From contig OY771555.1 of NCBI GenBank assembly GCA_963674785.1, positions 2,169,175 through 2,233,174 on the forward strand: 64,000 nt of DNA. The letters are read 5' to 3'. A program made the translations under genes and the position numbers. The stretch's first letter is position 1; each line of letters begins with the position of its first letter. The notes beneath the pieces are model-generated. The model saw nothing but the letters and a program-made list of their open reading frames with translations. It did not search any database and was not told where the DNA came from. This document shows positions 57,272-64,000 of this stretch, one piece after another. The DNA comes from Caldisericia bacterium (GTDB taxonomy: Bacteria > Caldisericota > Caldisericia > JAAYUI01).

Positions 57272-58069
57272 ATGGATAAATCAGGTAAAATTAGCATATT
57301 TTATTTTTCCGGAACCGGCAATACAAAATGGGTAGCTGAAAAGACTTCAGAAAAACTCAACTTAAAGGGTTTTTCTGTGGAGACACATTCAATTGAAAAA
57401 ATCAATGCTGAAGAAATAATTCCGGATGATTTTGAGCAAATTGGTATAATGTTTCCAGTATATTCATCAACTGCACCACCTCCCATGGTTGAGTTTTTGA
57501 AAAAACTCCCAAAAGCAAACGGCACACCAGTTTTTGCGGTCGCATGTGCATGGCTTTTTGGTGGACACACAGCTTTCGACTACACAAATCAACTCTCAGA
57601 AAACGGTTACAAACCATATCTTTTCGCAAATGTTCTGATGCCAAACAACATAAATCTTCCGCCATTTGGATGGATTCCAATAAAAAATGGCAAACAAATC
57701 AGATCAAAACTAATGAAGGCAGAAAGAAAGATCGAAAGACTGATTTCAAAAATAATAAACCTTGAACCACTCGAAGAAGGTAACAGTTGGTTATCAAGAA
57801 AAAGCGACAACGCCCAACGAAAAGGTGCTGATAACGAGGATATGGTCAATTACTATGTCGATGAAAATTGTATTTCCTGTGGATGGTGTGTTGAGAATTG
57901 CCCGACGAACAACATTCAGTTTGACGACAACAAAAAACCTGTATTTGGAGATAACTGCATTTCTTGTGTACGTTGTTACAGCAGATGTCCAAAAGAGGCA
58001 ATCCAGTCGAGATACAAAAACAAATCGAGTTCGGGATATGTCAGATATAAAGGGCCACACTCCCCATAA
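57272..58069 (+). CDS. EFR1-family flavodoxin-ferredoxin protein
   Basis: YFSGTGNT, FPVY, MPNN, CISCGWCVENCP, CISCVRCYSRCP. Confidence 0.87.
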   Translation: MDKSGKISIFYFSGTGNTKWVAEKTSEKLNLKGFSVETHSIEKINAEEIIPDDFEQIGIMFPVYSSTAPPPMVEFLKKLPKANGTPVFAVACAWLFGGHTAFDYTNQLSENGYKPYLFANVLMPNNINLPPFGWIPIKNGKQIRSKLMKAERKIERLISKIINLEPLEEGNSWLSRKSDNAQRKGADNEDMVNYYVDENCISCGWCVENCPTNNIQFDDNKKPVFGDNCISCVRCYSRCPKEAIQSRYKNKSSSGYVRYKGPHSP

Positions 58070-58420
58070 CTATTCAAGAGTTCGATAGGTTTTAAAGCAG
58101 AAAAATGCTATCGCCAAACCATGAACAAAAATGCTTGAACCAACAAAATAATGATTGCAAACATGAAGAAGAGGGAACATCAGACCTACAACTCCATTTA
58201 AAATACCAGCAAACCCTGCAACCAGAAACGCATACTTGTTCTTAGTAAACATAAGCGGGATAAGAACAGCCCATCCAATTGTTCCTGACCAAAATACAGG
58301 TTCTACAAACCAATAATGGGTGAGCAAGTCTTGTGACTTCGGTAGTTCCACCCACAACTTGTAAACAAGCTGCGTGATAACAAGCACCATCGAGACATTA
58401 AAATAGGTTGATTTCTTCAT
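58070..58420 (-). CDS. Small 4-TM membrane protein
   Basis: Four hydrophobic segments; downstream of the ArsR-family gene. Confidence 0.55.
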   Translation of the reverse strand: MKKSTYFNVSMVLVITQLVYKLWVELPKSQDLLTHYWFVEPVFWSGTIGWAVLIPLMFTKNKYAFLVAGFAGILNGVVGLMFPLLHVCNHYFVGSSIFVHGLAIAFFCFKTYRTLE

Positions 58421-58477
58421 TTTTCTATTCCTTAAGTATTTAATTGATTACTTATCATTGATAGCAAAAAATTTTTG

Positions 58478-58804
58478 TTAGCAGTTAGGGTAATTTTCAC
58501 ATCTCATAGAAGCTAACTCGAACATCTCGTCAACAAGTTTTTTATACTCAATCAATTTTTCACGATCAATTTTATAAAACACTCTGAAACCCTTTTTTTC
58601 AGGGACAAGGATGCCAATTGATTTCAAAACTTTTATATGCTGTGACACTGCAGGGGTCGTTATGCCAAGAATTTTTGCAATATCCGAGACGCAAATCTCA
58701 GATTCCATATTTGATGCAAGTATTCGGATTATTCTTAGTCTGGAAAAGTCGCCCAAAGCTTTAAAAAGCTCTGCTAAAATGTATCCCTTATCTCTGTTTG
58801 TCAT
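58478..58804 (-). CDS. ArsR/SmtB-family transcriptional regulator
   Basis: FKALGD.SRLRI, EICVSDIA, AVSQHIKVL, C-terminal CENYPNC; promoter TTGACA-N17-TAGTAT upstream. Confidence 0.9.
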   Translation of the reverse strand: MTNRDKGYILAELFKALGDFSRLRIIRILASNMESEICVSDIAKILGITTPAVSQHIKVLKSIGILVPEKKGFRVFYKIDREKLIEYKKLVDEMFELASMRCENYPNC

Positions 58805-58868
58805 CAATCATCTCTTTTGGTATTTGCTTAAATACTAACAATAAGGAGAACCGCTGTCAAGTTAAATG

Positions 58869-60707
58869 TTACAAAGTTATTGTCGCAGTCCTGGTCTCAG
58901 CGTCATAATCAACCTCTGCACCAAGCACTTCTGAAACAGCTCGAACAGGGATCATCATTCGGTCTCTAATAATCAGGGGAACGTTGCTCATCTCTATAGC
59001 CCCACCATTGACCTTTGCAGTTGAACTGTTGAGGGTCATTTCATATGAATAATCACCCAATTGGTATTTTGCGGTTTTTGTATCAGCGTCCCACGAAACT
59101 TTTGCCCCAAAAGCCTCTCCCATAGACCTAAATGGAATATAAAGTCTGCCATCAACAATCAATGCGGGTTCTGGAATCTTCACAATGTTTCGGCCAACAA
59201 CCATAATGTCGCTTCCAATTGTCAAACTGACAACCGCTTGGTACTTGACACTTGTAGATTTCTCTACTCTTCCATTGAGAAAACCATAGACCAAAATGTC
59301 AGTTTGCCCAGCACCGAGGTCAGCTCTGATTATCATTTTTTTATCATCAAGATTCTCAGTTTCAAAACCATTTGTGACGCCCGAAAGGATTACTTGGGGA
59401 TCGGAATCAAGCTCTCTGTTCCAAGAAACCTCGAGAACCAGTTTGCCATTTTTCAGCTCATCACTGTCTGCTTCTTCAAAAACAAATTCCAATGGATCTA
59501 AAATAATAACTTTCAATTCAACAGCCTCAGAAGTGTTTCCATAAGCGTCTGTAGCTCTCACAAAAACCGAACTTATACCAGGCTCACCCAAATTTTGCCT
59601 GAATGACCATTCTTCCTTTCCGACTGCCTTTTCCCAAGAACTATTACCAACTTGATACTCGACAAAAGCGATACCCGAATCATCAGATGCATCACCTGAA
59701 AACTCGACATATCCAATTTCAAACGATGAGTTTTCACTTGGAGTTTTAAAAAATACTTCTGGTGGAGTGCTGTCTCTAGGGACAAAAGTAAAGCTTATTG
59801 AATGTGAATCAGATGGTCGATTGTAAATGTCAACTGCTCTTGCTGTTAACGTGTGCTCACCCTCATCATAATTTGAAAGCTCTTTATGCCAAAGGTATCC
59901 GTCAGTTGTTGCTCTGACCCAGCTCTCATCATCAATTTTTACCTCAACAAATGAAGCCGGTCTTGCAAAAGTCCCAGAGACAGTAAGTGTTGAACTATCA
60001 ACTATCATCTCATCAATTGGATAAGTGATTGTTGGAATCTCAAGCTCTTTCATCTCAATATTTATAACAAGAACAAAAGGTCTAGAAACATTGCCAACAG
60101 TGTCTGTTGCTCTGACCCAAAACTCATTACGACCAACAGGTGCAATTGGAACGGCAAACTGCCAGTTATTGGTTCCCTTTGCCTCTTTCCATGTTTCACC
60201 ACTATCTAAAGAGTACTCGACTAACTCAACACTGTTAGCAACATCAGATGCCCTTCCCTTAAAAAGAACTGGGAAGCTATCAATTGTTGCACCTTGTTGA
60301 GGAAAAACAAAATCGATTCTGGGAGGATCCTCATCATCAAAAATTACTGTGAATGCGGATTCCGCAGTTGAAGAATTGCCAACACGATCTTTTGCAGTAA
60401 CCGTTATTTCAAAATTACCACCACGAGAAAACTCATAGTTAGACTGCCAGATACCATTACTAACAGTAACTTTTCGTAAGGGAAATCCCGTGACTTCAAT
60501 TTCTACTGCCTCAAGCATCTTATTGTCTGATGCAGTCCCTTGAATCTTAACAATCTTATCTGTCAGTTCAGCACCATTTGCGGGGCTTGTAATTGAGACT
60601 TTTGGTGGTTCGTTATCATCCATTGATGGGTTGCTCATTGGATCTGCAGGATGAGTACCCCTGTTGATTTCATCAATATTCATCCAACCATCGTCATCAG
60701 AGTCCAT
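58869..60707 (-). CDS. Surface protein with four or more bacterial Ig-like domains and C-terminal stalk domain (3' part of a frameshifted gene)
   Basis: PP.V.I.SP..G...GTASD...V.A.D..GN.S repeats; GRLYIPFR..GEAFGA.V.WD and DRMMIPVRAVSE.LG. Confidence 0.8.
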   Translation of the reverse strand: MDSDDDGWMNIDEINRGTHPADPMSNPSMDDNEPPKVSITSPANGAELTDKIVKIQGTASDNKMLEAVEIEVTGFPLRKVTVSNGIWQSNYEFSRGGNFEITVTAKDRVGNSSTAESAFTVIFDDEDPPRIDFVFPQQGATIDSFPVLFKGRASDVANSVELVEYSLDSGETWKEAKGTNNWQFAVPIAPVGRNEFWVRATDTVGNVSRPFVLVINIEMKELEIPTITYPIDEMIVDSSTLTVSGTFARPASFVEVKIDDESWVRATTDGYLWHKELSNYDEGEHTLTARAVDIYNRPSDSHSISFTFVPRDSTPPEVFFKTPSENSSFEIGYVEFSGDASDDSGIAFVEYQVGNSSWEKAVGKEEWSFRQNLGEPGISSVFVRATDAYGNTSEAVELKVIILDPLEFVFEEADSDELKNGKLVLEVSWNRELDSDPQVILSGVTNGFETENLDDKKMIIRADLGAGQTDILVYGFLNGRVEKSTSVKYQAVVSLTIGSDIMVVGRNIVKIPEPALIVDGRLYIPFRSMGEAFGAKVSWDADTKTAKYQLGDYSYEMTLNSSTAKVNGGAIEMSNVPLIIRDRMMIPVRAVSEVLGAEVDYDAETRTATITL

Positions 60708-60747
60708 ATACTCAATTACAGTAAGGTCGAGTTTATGGAGCTCATAA

Positions 60748-60939
60748 TCAATACCGTAAACATTTCGCTCTCCACCACCAAGAGGGTTTGTGTGGGCAGA
60801 TACAGATGTCGATTTTCGAACCTTTTACGTTTGGATATTTGTTTCTGAAACTTTCAAAATATATGGCTCTCGCATATATTTGACTTCCAAGCAACGCAAT
60901 CACAACAAACATCAACACAAAAAAAGTTCTCTTTTTCAT
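60748..60939 (-). CDS. 5' fragment (signal peptide + start of heme-motif-like domain) of the downstream Ig/stalk gene; +1 frameshift near 60795
   Basis: MKKRTFF..IYA signal; the +1 frame continues HTNPLGGGERNVYG...MDSDDDG without a stop. Confidence 0.7.
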   Translation of the reverse strand: MKKRTFFVLMFVVIALLGSQIYARAIYFESFRNKYPNVKGSKIDICICPHKPSWWWRAKCLRY

Positions 60940-60998
60940 AACACAAATAACCCTACATTAGTATTAGGGTTTAGACAAGAATCAAAAAATGTCTGATG

Positions 60999-62123
60999 TT
61001 AATGAAACAATGCCAGAAAAACACCTGCAGCAACCGCAGTTCCGATAACTCCAGCGACATTTGGTCCCATTGCAGACATAAGCAAATAGTTCGATTTATC
61101 GTATCTCTGTCCTTCAATCTGAACCGTTCTTGCACTCATAGGAACAGCAGAAACACCCGCAGCACCGATCATTGGATTGATTTTTCCACCGGAAAGCTTG
61201 CACATAAGTTTTCCCATTAGTGTTCCACCAGCGGCACCAAAAGCAAACGCAATTAGACCCAGAAGGATGATCTTAAGGGTTTCAGGAACCAAAAATTGAC
61301 CTGCAACCATCGTTGAACCGACCGTTAAGCCAAGGAAAATAGTTGCGATATTAACAAGTTCATTTTGAAGTGTTTTTGATAATCTTTCAACAACTCCAGA
61401 TTCTCTTATCAAGTTTCCAGCCATAAGCATTCCTATCAACGGAATTGCAGACGGAAGTATCAACCCAACTACGATAGATACAACAATAGGGAAGAGTATT
61501 TTTGTTGTTTTTGAAACTGGTTTTGGTGTCTCCATCTTTATTTTTCGTTCTTCTTCGGTTGTAAGTGCCCTTATTACCGGAGGAAGAATCATTGGGACAA
61601 GTGACATGTATGAATACGCGGCGACAGATATTGCTCCAATCAATTGTGGTGCCATCTTCGTCGCAAGGAATATTGACGTTGGTCCATCAGCACCACCAAT
61701 AATCGCAATTGCTGCAGATTCCTGAGGTGAGAAACCAAATCCAATGGCAAGGAAAAGTGCCATAAATACTCCAAACTGAGCAGCCGCACCGAGGATAAAT
61801 GTGATTGGTCTCGAAAGAAGTGGCGTGAAGTCAGTTAATGCTCCAAGACACAAGAACATGATTATCGGTAAAATTTCTGTAGCCGTTAAAACACTAAAAA
61901 TCTGACCCAAGAACCCATGATGAACATCCCCAATTGTAGATAGTGGTAGGTTTACGAGTATGCATCCAATGGCAATCGGAATAAGAAGGAGTGGTTCAAA
62001 CTGATACTTAATAGCCAAGAATAGTAAAACAAAACCTACAAGTATCATAATGATACTTGGCCAATTCATGGCAACAAAACCTGAGGATTCAAATACCCCA
62101 AGAAGGCCGTTTATGAATTCCAT
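60999..62123 (-). CDS. Na+-translocating decarboxylase beta subunit (MmdB/OadB family)
   Basis: EPLLLIPI, IIGGADGPT, AAYSYMSLVP, GAAGVSAVPMSAR, AMGPNVAG. Confidence 0.95.
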   Translation of the reverse strand: MEFINGLLGVFESSGFVAMNWPSIIMILVGFVLLFLAIKYQFEPLLLIPIAIGCILVNLPLSTIGDVHHGFLGQIFSVLTATEILPIIMFLCLGALTDFTPLLSRPITFILGAAAQFGVFMALFLAIGFGFSPQESAAIAIIGGADGPTSIFLATKMAPQLIGAISVAAYSYMSLVPMILPPVIRALTTEEERKIKMETPKPVSKTTKILFPIVVSIVVGLILPSAIPLIGMLMAGNLIRESGVVERLSKTLQNELVNIATIFLGLTVGSTMVAGQFLVPETLKIILLGLIAFAFGAAGGTLMGKLMCKLSGGKINPMIGAAGVSAVPMSARTVQIEGQRYDKSNYLLMSAMGPNVAGVIGTAVAAGVFLALFH

Positions 62124-62129
62124 TTTTTA

Positions 62130-62527
62130 TTAAAACCTAACTAAAACGTCACCAGCTGCGACGTTATCACCCTCATTTACGGGGATTGCAGCAATTGTTC
62201 CATCACATTCTGCTGTGATTTCATTTTCCATCTTCATTGCCTCAATGATAAGGATAAGGTCACCAGTTTTTACAGCATCACCTGGTTTTGCAATGATTTT
62301 GAAAACTTTGCCTGGGATTGGAGCTGTTAACTCAGCTTGAGAACCAGATGCAGCAGGTGCGGGGGTAGATTTCTGTGTGACTGGTTTAGGCTGTACTGGA
62401 GGTGGTGTAGCAATTCTCTGGGTCTCAGCTACAGGTGATCTTGAAACATTTCCGGTATCACCAGAAATCCTTTCAACCTCAACTTCATAAACCTTACCGA
62501 AACAGTGATCTTGTATTTTTCTGTCAT
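62130..62527 (-). CDS. Biotin carboxyl carrier subunit (MmdC-like), apparent -1 frameshift near 62500
   Basis: EAMKMENEI biotin motif and Pro/Ala linker. The SD GGAGG + ATG 62527 frame (MTEKYKITV) is out of frame with GKVYEVEVE. Confidence 0.85.
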
Positions 62528-62529
62528 GT

Positions 62530-63006
62530 TCATCCTCCAACACCTGAAAGGTCATCTTTTGAAAAAATTCTCCAAGATGAGCTTGATGTTATCATCTCTC
62601 TTACTTTAAATATCTTAAAAGTATCATGAGGAGCAATCATTTTGTTACTTGCATGAATTGCTGCAGTTAAAACAGCAATCAGCTCATGATTTTCTTCAAC
62701 TGAACCAGTGACTTTTTTATGAGTTGATTTTTCGGCTTTAGATTTACCAGCAAGATTTTTTTTCTCAATTTCAACTTTTTGTTCTCGGTTGAGAATCCAC
62801 TTCAAAAATGAAATCACAAAAGTTACAAGAATCAAAACCAAAAAGGTCACAACAAAAGCAACTATTCCACCCGTTATTGTTGTTCCACCATGTGAAAGCT
62901 CTTGTGTAAAAGTACTCCAATTCACAACCATAAAGAATCCAACTAATACTAGTCCTCCAATCAAAAAGAGGATAGTGAGTAGATTAGCAATTTTTTGTCC
63001 GTTCAT
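62530..63006 (-). CDS. Decarboxylase delta/gamma membrane subunit (OadG/MmdD family)
   Basis: TM ..VVTFLVLIL.., ELIAVLTAAI, SSSW. Confidence 0.8.
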   Translation of the reverse strand: MNGQKIANLLTILFLIGGLVLVGFFMVVNWSTFTQELSHGGTTITGGIVAFVVTFLVLILVTFVISFLKWILNREQKVEIEKKNLAGKSKAEKSTHKKVTGSVEENHELIAVLTAAIHASNKMIAPHDTFKIFKVREMITSSSSWRIFSKDDLSGVGG

Positions 63007-64000
63007 ACTGGGATATTTCCGTGTTTTCTTTTTGGTCGTTTTTCAGACTTGTTTTCTAACATATGGAGAGCATAGGCGATTCTAGGTCTTGTTTCCTCAG
63101 GGTTAATTACTGCGTCAACATACCCACGCTCAGCGGCAATATATGGGTTTCCAAAGTTTTCATTGTATTCATCAGCTTTTTTTGCAATAAAAGCTTCTTT
63201 GTTCTCAGCTCTTTTGATCTCATCAGCATAAAGAAGTTTTACTGCGCCTTCTGCACCCATTACCGCAATGTGAGCCTGTGGCCACGCAAACACATGGTCA
63301 GCACCCATATCTCTTGAACACATTGCAAGATAAGCTCCACCATACGCCTTACGCAAAATAACAGTTATCTTAGGAGTGGTTGCCTCGGCAAAGGCATAAA
63401 GAAGTTTTGCACCATGTCTAATGATTCCACTATGTTCCTGCGAAACACCAGGAAGGAATCCGGGAACATCGACTATATTTAGAAGAGGAATATTGTATGC
63501 ATCACATGTCCTAATAAACCTTGATCCTTTATCTGAACAATCAATATCAAGGCATCCTGCCAGATAGGATGGTTGATTTGCAATTACACCAACAGGATAT
63601 CCATCAATCCTCATAAACCCAATCACAAGATTTCTTGCAAACTCTGGCTGAATCTCAAAAAACTCACCATTATCAGTTATCTCTGCAATTACATCCCTTA
63701 CATCATATGGCTTATTCAGGTCAGTTGGAACAATTGTTCGGAGATTCATAGAAATTCTATTTGGATCATCATTACCAACAATCCTTGGTGGAAGTTCAGT
63801 ATAGTTTTGTGGAAGATACTGCATTATCGCTCTTACCGCATCAAAACATTCATCCTCAGATTTGAATCTGGCATGTGCAACACCACTTTTGCCAGTGTGC
63901 ACTCTTGCTCCACCAAGAGATTCCTTATTTACAACCTCGCCAGTAACAGATTTTATGACTCCGGGGCCAGTAATAAACATATTCGATATATCATCAACCA
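63003..64000 (-). CDS. Acyl-CoA carboxyltransferase alpha subunit (MmdA/PccB family), partial
   Basis: MFITGP.VI, LGGA, VDVPGFLPG..QEH.GIIRHGAKLL, RKAYGGAY, KHGNIP; frame open to window end. Confidence 0.93.
   Translation of the reverse strand, partial: VDDISNMFITGPGVIKSVTGEVVNKESLGGARVHTGKSGVAHARFKSEDECFDAVRAIMQYLPQNYTELPPRIVGNDDPNRISMNLRTIVPTDLNKPYDVRDVIAEITDNGEFFEIQPEFARNLVIGFMRIDGYPVGVIANQPSYLAGCLDIDCSDKGSRFIRTCDAYNIPLLNIVDVPGFLPGVSQEHSGIIRHGAKLLYAFAEATTPKITVILRKAYGGAYLAMCSRDMGADHVFAWPQAHIAVMGAEGAVKLLYADEIKRAENKEAFIAKKADEYNENFGNPYIAAERGYVDAVINPEETRPRIAYALHMLENKSEKRPKRKHGNIPV

Noticed and set aside
60748-60750. TGA read-through (selenocysteine) joining the two surface-protein ORFs
   Set aside because: The downstream ORF is in a different frame, so read-through cannot join them.
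1-64000. CRISPR array, prophage, IS element, integron or DGR explaining the lipoprotein array
   Set aside because: No repeat-spacer array, integrase, transposase, reverse transcriptase, attC-like repeats or adenine-specific TR/VR pair seen. Array genes often overlap directly.

Overview
Bacterial chromosomal window, about 36-38% GC by eye, standard code. Copper-amine-oxidase N-terminal 'stalk' domains and the overall gene content suggest a Caldisericota-like anaerobe (inference). Housekeeping blocks: an opp/dpp ABC operon with two tandem substrate-binding paralogs; murD-ftsW-murG-murB; tRNA-Thr(TGT); a DUF5320-NifX-2x COG1149 cluster; aspS-miaB-ynbB-yjbQ-tsaB-rimI-tsaD; an OmpR/PhoR-type two-component pair; rocD; purA-purB-purC-purS-purQ-BON-argS; a CPA1 antiporter; tsaE; and an Na+-pumping acyl-CoA decarboxylase operon. 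I found no CRISPR, integrase, transposase or reverse transcriptase. The best candidate for an undescribed system is an expanded, highly diverged family of modular PsbP/DcrB-like lipoproteins: 7 genes in a tandem array capped by a PEGA lipoprotein, plus 3 dispersed copies, about 15 domain copies in total. Other highlights are mosaic OppA paralogs with an SLH-like N-terminus, a catalytically eroded butyrate kinase, a frameshift-split surface protein with a heme-motif-like/Ig/stalk architecture, a 12-repeat GDDxY surface protein with an internal stalk domain of different codon usage, a hidden DUF4911-like ORF lacking a canonical start, and recurrent leaderless-type promoters. Several indel-like anomalies may be assembly errors. 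All family calls are by motif recognition, not database search.
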